A stretch of DNA of 64,000 bases from assembly GCA_943788915.1 (NCBI GenBank), contig CALSSD010000005.1:372001-436000 (forward strand), in the 5' to 3' direction. Positions within the stretch are counted from its first letter, which is position 1. Each line of letters begins with the position of its first letter. Positions 1-10,467 of this stretch are shown here, one piece after another. This stretch comes from an uncultured Acidimicrobiales bacterium (GTDB taxonomy: Bacteria; Actinomycetota; Acidimicrobiia; Acidimicrobiales; UBA10347). The notes under the pieces were generated by a model. That model did no database searches. It was not told where the DNA came from and worked only from the letters and a program-made list of their open reading frames with translations. Both the position numbers and the translations under genes were made by a program.

Positions 1-2506
1 CGGCAAGTTGACGGTGGCGCTCGATCGCGGTTTCGTCGGGCTGCGGGACTTCACCGCCACGACCGCCCGCGAAATACACGAGGTCGAGATGTGAGCCACC
101 AAGAGCGCCCTGCGCTGGGCCGATCAGGAACACATGGTTACCCGGTGAAACGAGTCCGGTGAGCGGGATGTTGTCGACCTGTTTGGCAATACCCACCGCA
201 GTGATAACCAAAGTCGGGGCTACCGAATCGGCCGTGCCGTCGGGGTGCACGAACACGTTGTACAGACTGTCTTTACCGCTCACAAATGGTGCGTTGTAGT
301 TGATGGCGGCGTCGTAACAGCCCTTGCACGCAGCGACCAGTTGGCCGAGCGTTTCAGGATTGTTTGGATTGCCAAAAGCGAAATTGTCGAGTAGCGACAG
401 TTCATCGGGGTCAGCCCCGGCGATCACTGCGTTGCGGACCGCTTCGTCGGCCACATGCCATGCCATTGCATACGCATCGTGGTCGCCAATGAGGGCATTG
501 ATACCGATGCCGATCGCCATGGCACGTTCGCCGCTGGTTCCGACAGGTATCGATGCTGCGCCATTGCCAGCGCCATCACCATGAGGCCCGCCATAGGGGC
601 GCACCATCGTGCCTCCCATGACTTCGTGGTCATAGGTGCGGATGGTGGCTTCTTTCGACGCAATGGTCGGATGGGCCAGCAACGCAAGCGTCGCTGCCTT
701 GGCATCGACAGGATCGCCGGAACGGGGAGCGCTACCAGCGGGCTGCTGGTAGGCAGTCAAGTGGTGACGGGGACAACCGTCGTGCAAGAACGTGCAGTCG
801 AGATCCACGATGGGTTCGCCATCTTGGCGAACAACGAGTCGACCATCACCGGTGAAGGTTCCGACGACCGACGAGTCGACGCCCCACCGGGTGGCCAGTT
901 CAAGAATGGGTGCAGGATCAGCAGCGGCGAGCACCATGCGTTCTTGTGCTTCGCTCAGCCAGGTTTCCCAGCCGGCCAGACCCTGATATTTGCGGGGCAC
1001 CGAGTCGAGATCGACGTCGGCCCCAAGCACACTGGCCATCTCCCCGATCGACGAACTCAGGCCGCCAGCACCGCAGTCGGTGATCGCGGTGTACAAGCCA
1101 GCATCGCGAGCGGCCATGACAACGTCGATCAGGCCCTTCTCGACGATGGGGTCGCCGATCTGCACCGAACTGCCAGCAACATCGGCAGTCTCGGCTTGCA
1201 TGGTTTGCGAAGAGAAGGTGGCACCGCCGACGCCATCGCGTCCGACGGCACCACCAAGTACGACGATCGAATCACCAGGTTGCGGATTCGTGGGATGCGA
1301 GCCGACGGGCAGTACGCCCACGCATCCGGCGAACACCAGTGGCGTCGTCGTATAGGCCGGGTCATAGACCATGGCGCCACCGACGTTTGGAACGCCGATC
1401 TTGTTGCCGTAGTCGCCGACACCGGCAATGACCCCATCCCGGATACGGCGTGGGTGCAGCACGCCATCGGGTAATTCGGCTGGGTCAAGATCTGGTGGAC
1501 CGAAACAGAGAATGTCGGTAATCGCGATCGGTTTGGCCGACACACCAATGATGTCGCGCACCACGCCGCCAACACCGGTGTTGGCACCGCCGAACGGCTC
1601 GAGTGCCGACGGATGGTTGTGCGTTTCGGCCTTAAGCGCAATGTCGAACTCGTCGTCGAACCGAACCAGACCAGCATTATCGACGAAGGCGCTGTGTACC
1701 CACGGAGCATCAATTTTGTTCGTCGCAGCTCGCAGGAACTGATTCAACAAACCATCGACCTGTTCGACGACTTCGCCGGCCTCGTTCGTGACATCAATCG
1801 TGGCGCTGAAGGTTTTGTGGGCGCAGTGTTCGCTCCACGTCTGGGCGATGGTCTCGATCTCGGCGTCGGTTGGGTTGCGCCCGATAGCTGCGAAGTGTGC
1901 GCGCACTGCTTGCATCTCGACCAGGTTCAGGCCCAGTCGACGACCATCGGTTATCGCCTGCAGATCATCATCGGATACATCGACGACGGCGAGAATCTCG
2001 GTAGCAGGAGTAGCTGGTTGAACTTCGACGAAGCCAGCAGCGAGTGAGCTCGCTCCACGTGACCATCGTTCGATGACGTCGTTGTGGAGCACCCGGTGTG
2101 CGAGTTGTTCAACCTGTTCGGTGGTCAGCGCAGGCGAGGCTTCGATCACGAAGCGGCGGCCGATCGTGGCCCCTTCGAGCGGATTGCCGATCTGCGCGCT
2201 CGCCCGGGCGAGTTCGGCGCCCTCGCGGTCGGTTACGCCAGGGCGCAACCCAGTCTCGATGACGAGTTCACCATCGTGTGTCAGCTCAGCAGCTGGCTTC
2301 GACCAACCATTCACCGGATCGACAAGAAGCATGGAAGCAATCATTGCCACCTGCGACTCATCGAGATCACCACGAATGTGGGCAATTCGGTACTCGGTGA
2401 CATCGTCTACCGAGATGCCAAAAGTTGCCGCAGTGGTGATGATCGGGTCATCAGCGTTTGATCGCTGATGGCCTGGTCCAATGGCCAGCGCCCATTCCGA
2501 GGTCAC
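1..2506 (-). CDS. purL: Phosphoribosylformylglycinamidine synthase PurL with PurS-like N-terminal region (3' end outside window)
   Basis: Manual minus-strand translation from GTG at 2506 gives LRPGVTDREG (PurS-like), then QTWSEHCAHKTF and KAETHNHPSALEPFGGANTGVGG. No stop in the window, so it is missing from the ORF track. Confidence 0.93.
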   Translation of the reverse strand, partial: MTSEWALAIGPGHQRSNADDPIITTAATFGISVDDVTEYRIAHIRGDLDESQVAMIASMLLVDPVNGWSKPAAELTHDGELVIETGLRPGVTDREGAELARASAQIGNPLEGATIGRRFVIEASPALTTEQVEQLAHRVLHNDVIERWSRGASSLAAGFVEVQPATPATEILAVVDVSDDDLQAITDGRRLGLNLVEMQAVRAHFAAIGRNPTDAEIETIAQTWSEHCAHKTFSATIDVTNEAGEVVEQVDGLLNQFLRAATNKIDAPWVHSAFVDNAGLVRFDDEFDIALKAETHNHPSALEPFGGANTGVGGVVRDIIGVSAKPIAITDILCFGPPDLDPAELPDGVLHPRRIRDGVIAGVGDYGNKIGVPNVGGAMVYDPAYTTTPLVFAGCVGVLPVGSHPTNPQPGDSIVVLGGAVGRDGVGGATFSSQTMQAETADVAGSSVQIGDPIVEKGLIDVVMAARDAGLYTAITDCGAGGLSSSIGEMASVLGADVDLDSVPRKYQGLAGWETWLSEAQERMVLAAADPAPILELATRWGVDSSVVGTFTGDGRLVVRQDGEPIVDLDCTFLHDGCPRHHLTAYQQPAGSAPRSGDPVDAKAATLALLAHPTIASKEATIRTYDHEVMGGTMVRPYGGPHGDGAGNGAASIPVGTSGERAMAIGIGINALIGDHDAYAMAWHVADEAVRNAVIAGADPDELSLLDNFAFGNPNNPETLGQLVAACKGCYDAAINYNAPFVSGKDSLYNVFVHPDGTADSVAPTLVITAVGIAKQVDNIPLTGLVSPGNHVFLIGPAQGALGGSHLDLVYFAGGRGGEVPQPDETAIERHRQLA

Positions 2507-2733
2507 TGAGGAGACTCTACGGAAGTGAATGGCACAAGTGGGGACCATCCGAGAGCAATGTCGCGAAACCGACCTCAACCATCAACACCCTCCGCATTAA
2601 CAACATGAACCACACGATTTGGTAAGTCAGAGCCAGTTTCTCAGCAGCAGAAGGTGGGCGATGCAGCGGAACAGGAGCGGTGCAGCGCTCCCACGGTTGG
2701 GTCATCGTGAGCCGTGTGCCGTAGCGTTGCGTC

Positions 2734-3183
2734 ATGGACTTTGATGGAAAATATGGCGCGTCGACGTGGGACTGGGTAGCTGAACAAGTCGAGGCATACG
2801 AGGCCTCCGGCGGCGCCGAAGCAAACACACTGCGCGATACCGGTATCCCGATCATTGTGATGACCACAATCGGCCACAAGAGTGGTCTGGTTCGCAAGGT
2901 TCCACTCATGCGGGTCGAACACGAGGGCTCCTATGCACTCATCGCTTCAAAAGGTGGTGCGCCCGCCAACCCTGGTTGGTACCACAACCTTGTTGCCAAC
3001 CCCACGGTGCTTGTCCAAGACGGCCCAGAGCCATGGGAAACCCAAGCTCGACTGGCGACCGGCGAGGAACGAGCTACCTGGTACCAGCGTGGTATCGACG
3101 TGTTCCCGCCCTACGCCGAGTACCGCGAGAAGGCTGGTGATCGCGAGATCCCTGTGTTCATCGCCGACCCTCCGGCAACCTGA
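2734..3183 (+). CDS. Nitroreductase-family deazaflavin (F420H2)-dependent oxidoreductase, Ddn-like
   Basis: TTIGHKSGLVRKVPL, IASKGGAPANPGWYHNLVANP and YAEY..REIPVF motifs. Confidence 0.9.
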   Translation: MDFDGKYGASTWDWVAEQVEAYEASGGAEANTLRDTGIPIIVMTTIGHKSGLVRKVPLMRVEHEGSYALIASKGGAPANPGWYHNLVANPTVLVQDGPEPWETQARLATGEERATWYQRGIDVFPPYAEYREKAGDREIPVFIADPPAT

Positions 3184-3216
3184 GTAAAACACCCACGAGA
3201 AAGACGACACACCTCA

Positions 3217-3954
3217 ATGACTCCTGAAGAACTCGTTGCAGCAACCAGCGCTCAGATCAACTCGCTGGGCGCGATCTACTATTTCCATCCCGACACGATC
3301 GCTCACGGCAAGGAAGCGCTGGGGCTCGACGGCATGCGCTTCTACTTCATCGGCCGCGCAGGCGTGCTTGGCGATGTTGAAGCACCCGTGGTCACTGCAG
3401 CGTTCGGCTACTTCGCTCCTGCGGTGGTCGCGAAGATGTGGAACAGCTCGAAAGAAAAGGTTGCGCCTCGCGACGCTGCCACGGCGGCGCTCGCCTGCAA
3501 CGCAACGATCGGGCGAAACAAGCTCAGTGACATGGCTGGTCTGGCTGAGTTCTGCGCCGCAGCCGAGCAGGTCATTGCCGACGTCAACCCGGCTGGCCTC
3601 CAGCTCTACGCCGGAATCGCGGCCGAACCACTTCCCGACGACCTGCCGGCGCGAGCCATGCAGCTCGCCGTGTGTCATCGCGAGCTTCGCGGTAGTGCAC
3701 ACCTGACCGCGGTCATCGCAGCTGGCGTGCATGCCTCGGTCGCTCATGCGATTCGTCGTCCCAATGACATCGGCACCTTTGGTTGGCCCGAAGATTTGGT
3801 TATCACCGCCGAAGACCGAAGCAATCTCGAAGCGGCAGACATCACCACCGACAAGATGTCGGCCGGGCATTACGCCTCGCTTAGCGATCAGCAGCGGTCA
3901 GACTTCGTTGCCGGCGTCCAGGCGATGGCCGACATCCTCCTCAAGAAGCCGTAA
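3217..3954 (+). CDS. SCO6745-family hypothetical protein
   Basis: FYFIGRAGVLG..VVTAAFGYF and HRELRGSAH motifs typical of this actinobacterial family. Confidence 0.75.
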   Translation: MTPEELVAATSAQINSLGAIYYFHPDTIAHGKEALGLDGMRFYFIGRAGVLGDVEAPVVTAAFGYFAPAVVAKMWNSSKEKVAPRDAATAALACNATIGRNKLSDMAGLAEFCAAAEQVIADVNPAGLQLYAGIAAEPLPDDLPARAMQLAVCHRELRGSAHLTAVIAAGVHASVAHAIRRPNDIGTFGWPEDLVITAEDRSNLEAADITTDKMSAGHYASLSDQQRSDFVAGVQAMADILLKKP

Positions 3955-4023
3955 GCGTTCGTTCAGCCAGCATGGTGGCGGTTCCGCCATGCTGGTTGAC
4001 GACCGAGGTCCTAAGGTGCCGAC

Positions 4024-4453
4024 ATGGCAATCACTGTGGATCAGGCAATGGAGTGGGCAGCGACCCGTAAACATGCGGTGCTAATCACGCTCCGCAAGGA
4101 CGGGCGTGCGCAGTCGAGTGACGTGAGCTACGCCGTCATCGACGATGCGATCGTGATCTCGTTGACATCAGATCGGGCGAAGACCGCCAACATGCGTCGC
4201 GATCCGCGCATCATCGTGCACATCACCGATCCCGGTTCGTGGAGTTACGTGTCGTTCGACGGCGTCGCCGAGCTCGGTGATGTCACGACCGACCCTCACG
4301 ACCAAGCTGCGAATGATCTCGCGGACTACTACCAACGCGTTGCCGGACAGGCCCATCCCGATTGGGACGACTACCGAGCCGCCATGATCGATGAAAAGCG
4401 TCAGCTCACTTCGAATCCGCCCGACGTCGGCTGTCGGCCAGATCAATGGCTGA
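4024..4453 (+). CDS. PPOX-class F420-dependent oxidoreductase (frameshift near 4410)
   Basis: VLITLRKDGRAQSS, RAKTANMRRDPR, HPDWDDYRAAM. The natural C-terminus LRIRPTSAVGQING* lies in another frame, with its stop at 4451-4453 overlapping the next ATG. Confidence 0.85.
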
Positions 4454-5657
4454 ACGCGCTGTCGCGCCCGTCAGCCGCACACCTCTCAGTACCGCCGAGG
4501 TCGCACAACTCAGGTCGGTTACGCCCGGCGCCGACAACGTCATCCACCTGAATCATGCGGGCGCATCACTGCCAACCCAGGCAACCCTCGACGCGCAGAT
4601 CCATCACTTGCAGCACGAGGCCATGACCGGCGGCTACGAGGCGGCCAATGATGCCGCCGAACGAAGCGAAGCTGTGTATTCGTCTCTCGGTTCACTCATC
4701 GGGGCCAAACACACCGAACTGGCTCGACTCGAGCACGCGACTGCCGCCTGGAACGCCGGCTTCTGGTCCGTGCCCATGAAAGCTGGCCAGCGCATCATCA
4801 CGGCAAACGCCGCATATGGCGCCAACGCGGTCGGCTTCCTTCGAGCGGTAGAACGCCGAGGAGTCATCATCGATGTTGTTGGCGACGACAAACACGGTCA
4901 GGTCGATGTGGCCGAACTCGCCAACCGCGTCGACGACGATGTTGCCCTCATCGCCTTGACCCATGTCCCCACAAACGGTGGCCTGGTCAATCCTGCAGCG
5001 GCCGTCGGCACAGTTGCGAACGCAGCTGGAGTGCCGTATCTGCTCGATGCATGCCAGTCGGTCGGCCAACTACACATCGACGTCGACGAGATCGGCTGCG
5101 ATCTGCTCTCAGGCACCGGACGGAAGTATCTGCGAGGACCTCGGGGCACTGGTTTCTTGTACGCATCCGAGCGGATCATCGACAGGCTGATACCCGACCA
5201 CCCCGACCATCACGGAGCCGATTGGACCACACCCAGCGAATACGTTCTGCAGCCCACGGCACAACGTTTCGAGTCGTGGGAGTTCAGCCATGCCGGATGG
5301 CTCGGGTTGGGCAACGCCGTCGATGAAGCAGTCGAGATCGGCACTCGCCGGATCGAAGCGACGGTGTATGAACGCGCCGACTCATTGCGAGCCCAGTTGC
5401 AGGCAGCGGGTTTCACCGTGTGGGATCTTGGACCGCGGCCGTGCGGCATCGTGACTGCGACGCGCCCCGACCTAGATCCGAGCGCGGCCAAGACGGCGTT
5501 GCGGGCACAAGGCGTGAACATCTCGGTAACAACTCCCGCGTCAACACGCTTCGATTCAGCGAACCGAAACCTGCCCGACCTGATGCGCATCTCGGTCCAC
5601 TACATCACGACCGAGGCCGAGATTCGCCAAGCAGTCCACACATTGGCTTCGTTGTAA
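4446..5657 (+). CDS. Aminotransferase class V / cysteine desulfurase-like PLP enzyme
   Basis: HLNHAGASL, DACQSVGQ and TGRKYLRGPRGTG (PLP lysine) motifs. Confidence 0.88.
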   Translation: MAERAVAPVSRTPLSTAEVAQLRSVTPGADNVIHLNHAGASLPTQATLDAQIHHLQHEAMTGGYEAANDAAERSEAVYSSLGSLIGAKHTELARLEHATAAWNAGFWSVPMKAGQRIITANAAYGANAVGFLRAVERRGVIIDVVGDDKHGQVDVAELANRVDDDVALIALTHVPTNGGLVNPAAAVGTVANAAGVPYLLDACQSVGQLHIDVDEIGCDLLSGTGRKYLRGPRGTGFLYASERIIDRLIPDHPDHHGADWTTPSEYVLQPTAQRFESWEFSHAGWLGLGNAVDEAVEIGTRRIEATVYERADSLRAQLQAAGFTVWDLGPRPCGIVTATRPDLDPSAAKTALRAQGVNISVTTPASTRFDSANRNLPDLMRISVHYITTEAEIRQAVHTLASL

Positions 5658-5708
5658 CGAGCTCAACGTGCACGGGGGGTCTGACCCTGGGTGCACATCG
5701 CTCGCCGG

Positions 5709-6068
5709 TTAACGCAGCGAGATGGTGATCAAAAACGCAGCGGTCACGACCAACGTCACCACTGCAGGAATGATGTTCTTACTTTCGTCTTCGACGCGGG
5801 CATGGGCAATCAGCGCCCCTAACAGCAAGCAGCAAATCCCTGCACCTGCAGTCAGAGCAACCCATTCGAGCTTGCGCGACACCAGCCCGATCACCACGCC
5901 AGCGGCCCCAGCTACTTCGGACAGACCAATGAGCCGGTACTGGCGAGCCGAATAACCCAAGTGATCTCGCATCCGGTCAAGGTCGAGTAACTTGGTAACC
6001 CCGGCGACGCCAAATCCACCGGCAAGGATGATCCCCAAAATCCAGGCAACTGTATTCATAGTGCGCAT
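5709..6068 (-). CDS. DoxX-family membrane protein
   Basis: Four hydrophobic segments; G..KL and IGLSEVAGAAG motifs. Confidence 0.75.
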   Translation of the reverse strand: MRTMNTVAWILGIILAGGFGVAGVTKLLDLDRMRDHLGYSARQYRLIGLSEVAGAAGVVIGLVSRKLEWVALTAGAGICCLLLGALIAHARVEDESKNIIPAVVTLVVTAAFLITISLR

Positions 6069-6123
6069 GAAGGTAGCACCGCTCCGGCTAGCCCGCCTAA
6101 GAGGCTGCCGGTAGCCTGGCTAC

Positions 6124-7128
6124 ATGATTTGCAGACTTGGTGTTGTTGACCAGTCCCCCGTCTCGGTGGGATCAACGCCGGGCCAGGCACTGCAGAACAG
6201 CATTGACCTTGCACAACGGTGCGAAGTACTGGGTTACCACCGCTACTGGCTCGCCGAGCATCACAGCAGCCAAGCTCTTGCTGGATCAGCGCCGGAGGTT
6301 TTGACCGGTCGCATCGCTGCGGCGACCAACACCATTCGGGTCGGATCTGGTGGCGTCATGTTGACGCACTACAGCGCATACAAGGTTGCCGAACAGTGGC
6401 GCATGTTGCACGCGTTATTCCCCCATCGCATTGATCTCGGCCTAGGCCGTGCTCCTGGTTCTGACCAGACCACCGCCGCGGCCCTAGCAAAAGGCCCGGG
6501 TGCTCTCTCCGCCGAGCACTATCCTGCACAGCTCACGGAGTTGGCATCGTTCTTGCGCGACGAACCGAACCCTGCCGGGCCGTTCCGCGACGTTCGAGCA
6601 ACCCCAGCAGCCGAGGGTGGCCCATCCATGTGGCTGCTGGCATCAAGCGAAGGCAGCGCTGGGATCGCGGCCCATCTCGGATTGCCGCTGGTGTGGGCTC
6701 ACTTCATCGCTCACGGGCCAGGCCAGGCGATCGTCGATGCGTACCGCGAGCGTTATCGGCCGTCTGAAGCGTTTCCCCACCCCACCGTGATGCTGGCAAC
6801 TGGCGCTATCTGCGCCGACACTCAGCAAGAAGCAGCGTTCGTTGCCAGCAGCGTGCAGCGGTGGCGAGCTAGTGGGCCAACCGGACCCATTCCCGAACCA
6901 GCACCGCCGGGTACACCGCTGCCCGGCAGCGACAATCCACTCTTTGTGAACCAGCGGGTAAACAAGCCGCTCCTGCATGGGGCTCCGGAGTACGTCAAAG
7001 ACGAACTCGAGTCACTGGCCACGTCGTTTGGCGCCGAAGAAGTACTTCTGGTCACGATCACCCATGACCACGCAGCACGGGTGCGCAGCTACGAACTCTT
7101 GGCCGAGGCCTTCGAACTCACCTCGTGA
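6124..7128 (+). CDS. LLM-class flavin-dependent oxidoreductase (luciferase-like, YhbW/MsnO8 type)
   Basis: RYWLAEHH, IRVGSGGVMLTHYSAYKVAE and RIDLGLGRAPG motifs. Confidence 0.9.
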   Translation: MICRLGVVDQSPVSVGSTPGQALQNSIDLAQRCEVLGYHRYWLAEHHSSQALAGSAPEVLTGRIAAATNTIRVGSGGVMLTHYSAYKVAEQWRMLHALFPHRIDLGLGRAPGSDQTTAAALAKGPGALSAEHYPAQLTELASFLRDEPNPAGPFRDVRATPAAEGGPSMWLLASSEGSAGIAAHLGLPLVWAHFIAHGPGQAIVDAYRERYRPSEAFPHPTVMLATGAICADTQQEAAFVASSVQRWRASGPTGPIPEPAPPGTPLPGSDNPLFVNQRVNKPLLHGAPEYVKDELESLATSFGAEEVLLVTITHDHAARVRSYELLAEAFELTS

Positions 7129-7148
7129 ACTGAACCAGGATTGCCGCG

Positions 7149-7433
7149 TCAGGCGTCGACGGTCACTGCTGGATAGAAGGCCACATAGTTCAAGATGTTC
7201 GCTGCTTTCTCCATGGGATCGGCGTAGTACCAAGCAGCGGCCTCAGCCGACTGGTCGCCGACCGAAACGGTGTAGTAGTTCGCGGTGCCCTTCCAGCCAC
7301 ACACGCTGGTGCGATCATGTTCAGCGAAAAACTCGCTCTTCACCGATTGCGGCGGGAAGTAGTGGTTGCCTTCGACGACGATCGTCTCGTCGCTTTCGGC
7401 GATGACCTGTCCATTGAACGTTGCTGTTGCCAT
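7149..7433 (-). CDS. DUF427 domain protein
   Basis: MATATFNGQVIAESD..VEGNHYFP..CGWKGTANYY..AAWYY; start moved to ATG 7433. Confidence 0.88.
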   Translation of the reverse strand: MATATFNGQVIAESDETIVVEGNHYFPPQSVKSEFFAEHDRTSVCGWKGTANYYTVSVGDQSAEAAAWYYADPMEKAANILNYVAFYPAVTVDA

Positions 7434-7611
7434 ACCAGAAACTAACCCCGGTAATCCGTTGCCTGTTCCCCTCAATGGCCGTTGATCTTGAAAACCTCGT
7501 GGAGGTTGGCGCCCCAGCAGCCCATGAGCCAGTGGCAACACAAGCCGTCCGAGTCGAAACAGGAGCCCGTCGGGGCTTCCGCTGTAGCGATCCGCAGAAC
7601 GTGCTGGCACT

Positions 7612-8805
7612 ATGAACAGCGTGAAGCTCGGCATCTTGTCGCGTGCCCCGCGCAGCTACAGCACCCAACGTCTCCGTGCGGCTGCGTTAGACCGCGGCGT
7701 AGACATCACCATGTACGACACGCTGCGGTTTGCCATTGACCTCAGCCGCGACGATCCAAACGTGACGTACCGCGGTCGAGACATCGACGATGTCGACGCA
7801 ATCCTGCCTCGTATTGGTGCATCCATCACGTTCTACGGACTCGCGGTTGTTCGTCAGTTCCAGGCTATGGATGTGTACACGCCCAACACCGCCGATGGCA
7901 TTGCCAATAGCCGAGACAAGCTTCGCTCGATGCAGATCCTTTCCCGTCACGAAATCGATATTCCGTCGACAACATTTGTGCGGGAACGCAGCGACATTCG
8001 CCCTGCCATCGCCCGAGTCGGCGGAGCGCCGGTCATCATCAAGATCCTTGAAGGCACCCAAGGCATCGGCGTGATCCTGGCACCTGACCTGCGGGTCGCA
8101 GAAGCTGTCATCGAAACCCTCCAGAGCACGAACCAGAACGTGCTCATCCAGCGGTTCGTGGCCGAAAGTCGAGGACGCGACATCCGGGCCATCGTTGTTG
8201 GCGACCGGGTTGTTGCTGCGATGCGACGCAGCGCCCGTGGCGACGAGTTCCGTTCCAACGTGCATCGCGGCGGCACGACCGAACCCATACAACTTGACCG
8301 CGAGACACGAGAGGTTGCACTCCGAGCGGCGCAGACACTCGGGCTCACGGTGTGTGGTGTCGACATGCTCGAAGGCGACGACGGCCCGCTCGTCATGGAA
8401 GTCAACTCCACACCGGGGCTACAAGGCATCGAGGAAGCGACCGGCCTCGATGTCGCGGGAACGATCATCGACCACATCGTGTCAAACGTGAGTTTCCCTG
8501 ATCTCGACGTGCGCCAGCGCCTGGGCGAGGCCACCGGTTATGGCGTCGCCGAAATCCACGTCGACCATGGCGCAACGATCGATGGCGTCACACTTGCCGA
8601 GTCCGGCCTTCGAGATCGCGACATCACCGTGCTGGTGATCGAGAACGATTTCGGCGTGGTGCCGAACCCGTCCAGCGAGTGGGTACTAAATGCCGGAGAC
8701 CGACTGCTCTGCTTCGGGCGACTCGACGAAATGCGCTCGCTTGCCCCTGCCCGACGAGCCCGTCGCGGCCGCATCCGTCCACTCCCCCAAGACCCGTTGC
8801 ACTAA
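7612..8805 (+). CDS. rimK: RimK-family alpha-L-glutamate ligase with C-terminal RCK_C (TrkA-C)-like domain
   Basis: KLGILSR, ILPRIGASIT, SRDKLRSMQ, GTQGIGV, EFRSNVHRGG, EVNSTPG, plus a ~90 aa tail (LAESGLRD..VLVI..PNP..LNAGDRLL). The true start may be GTG 7621. Confidence 0.88.
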   Translation: MNSVKLGILSRAPRSYSTQRLRAAALDRGVDITMYDTLRFAIDLSRDDPNVTYRGRDIDDVDAILPRIGASITFYGLAVVRQFQAMDVYTPNTADGIANSRDKLRSMQILSRHEIDIPSTTFVRERSDIRPAIARVGGAPVIIKILEGTQGIGVILAPDLRVAEAVIETLQSTNQNVLIQRFVAESRGRDIRAIVVGDRVVAAMRRSARGDEFRSNVHRGGTTEPIQLDRETREVALRAAQTLGLTVCGVDMLEGDDGPLVMEVNSTPGLQGIEEATGLDVAGTIIDHIVSNVSFPDLDVRQRLGEATGYGVAEIHVDHGATIDGVTLAESGLRDRDITVLVIENDFGVVPNPSSEWVLNAGDRLLCFGRLDEMRSLAPARRARRGRIRPLPQDPLH

Positions 8806-8841
8806 CCCGGTGGCCGTGCCATCTAGTCTTTCCTCACAACG

Positions 8842-9969
8842 ATGACCACAAAGAAACCAGCCACAAAGAAACCACCGGCAAAGAAAACAACGGCGAAGCG
8901 CGCAGCCGCAACCAAGACTCCTGCTCCCGAAGCCGAGATCAAGAAGAAGCGTGCTTCGCGATCGGCTCGAGCGCCATTCGAAATCGCAGGCAACCGTGTC
9001 ACCGCGGGCAAACGTATGCGGATGGAACTTCCGATCGGCAATCTGATGAGCGGCACACCAGTCGCGTTGCCGCTGATCGTCGTACACGGCAAGAAGGAAG
9101 GCCCCGTCGTCTGGCTGAGTGCCGCAATCCATGGCGACGAGATCTGCGGTGTTGAGATCATCCGCCAGGTGCTCGATGCCATTAATTCGCCATCCATGGC
9201 CGGCACGGTGATCGCTGCCCCGGTGGTAAACGTGCACGGCTTCAACACCAACGACCGCTATCTACCCGATCGACGAGACCTCAACCGAAGCTTTCCAGGA
9301 TCGCAGCGAGGGTCTCTGGCGTCGCGTATCGCGTACCTGTTCACCAAAGAGATCGTCAAACGTTCAGACCTGGGCATCGACCTCCATACCGGATCTGACC
9401 TCCGCACCAACCTGCCGCAGATCCGATGCGACATCGACCATGGACCAACACTTGAACTCGCGAACGTCTTTGGCGCTCCAATCGTGATCGATGCCCGGCT
9501 GCGGGACGGTTCACTTCGCCAAGCCGCAGTCGAAGAAGGCAAGACCATGCTGCTCTTCGAAGGTGGCGAAGCAAGCCGCTTCGACCCGGCAGCGATCGCC
9601 GTTGGCACTGCTGGTGTGCTCCGGACACTCAACCATGTGGGCGTGACCGACGTCGAAGTTCCGCTGGGACAACGATCATTGTTCTCGCGATCAACCAGTT
9701 GGAGCCGAGCATCCAACAGCGGCATCGTGCACCTCGATGCACGCCTGGGCGAACTTGTGAGCGCGAAGCAGCAGCTGGCCACGATTTATGACCCGTTTGG
9801 CAAGTCACTCGGCAAGATCAAGTCCAAGTACGACGGCATCGTGATCGGCCACAGCCAGGCACCGCTCGTCAACCGTGGCGATGCCATTTCCCACGTTGCC
9901 CGGATCATGACCGACGCCCCAACACCTGGCTGGGGTGTCCCCGACAGCGTGGACACCGAAGAGGCCTAG
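8842..9969 (+). CDS. Succinylglutamate desuccinylase/aspartoacylase (M14-like) family protein
   Basis: AAIHGDEICG, DRRDLNRSFPG, IDLHTG and FEGGE motifs; Lys/Ala/Pro-rich N-terminal tail. Confidence 0.9.
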   Translation: MTTKKPATKKPPAKKTTAKRAAATKTPAPEAEIKKKRASRSARAPFEIAGNRVTAGKRMRMELPIGNLMSGTPVALPLIVVHGKKEGPVVWLSAAIHGDEICGVEIIRQVLDAINSPSMAGTVIAAPVVNVHGFNTNDRYLPDRRDLNRSFPGSQRGSLASRIAYLFTKEIVKRSDLGIDLHTGSDLRTNLPQIRCDIDHGPTLELANVFGAPIVIDARLRDGSLRQAAVEEGKTMLLFEGGEASRFDPAAIAVGTAGVLRTLNHVGVTDVEVPLGQRSLFSRSTSWSRASNSGIVHLDARLGELVSAKQQLATIYDPFGKSLGKIKSKYDGIVIGHSQAPLVNRGDAISHVARIMTDAPTPGWGVPDSVDTEEA

Positions 9970-10467
9970 CGGGTCAGACCGTGGATGATCGCGGCCTCTG
10001 CACGTGTGAGATTTTGCTGTGACTCCCGATGGGCGTGACAAGACCTACCCTCTCGCCGCCTGGACTGACCCCCGAACGCAGAGCCGTGCCACGCTCCCCG
10101 TCAGTTAACCCTTCGCGGACACGTCTCGCCAATGTTGGCTTCCACGTGTACCCCGACGATTGGCGCAGTCGTGCGCAGCCGAGTCCGGCTACACCGGTCT
10201 CGATGACCGATGTTTCGGCACCGAGGGAGGCGTCACACTCAGCGATCCGGCTCTCGACGATCGAGGTGGAAAGAATGGCGACCAACAAAACGGGAACGAT
10301 TCATATCTTCGGTTCTTTTGGACTCGCCCATGATCACCGCTCGGGCAGCTCCTGTCCGGCAAGAGATGACTTTTGCTGAATGGCCACCTTTTTGCACGGG
10401 GTAGTAGATTTCGCAGCGCATCAAGGAACAAGCGCTCCTTCTGCAAGCCGTTTGAAAGGTTGCCCCC

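Noticed and set aside
9970..10467. Possible ncRNA, riboswitch or missing ATP-grasp segment upstream of the PEP-utiliser
   Set aside because: I could not identify an RNA motif or a PPDK_N signature in any frame.
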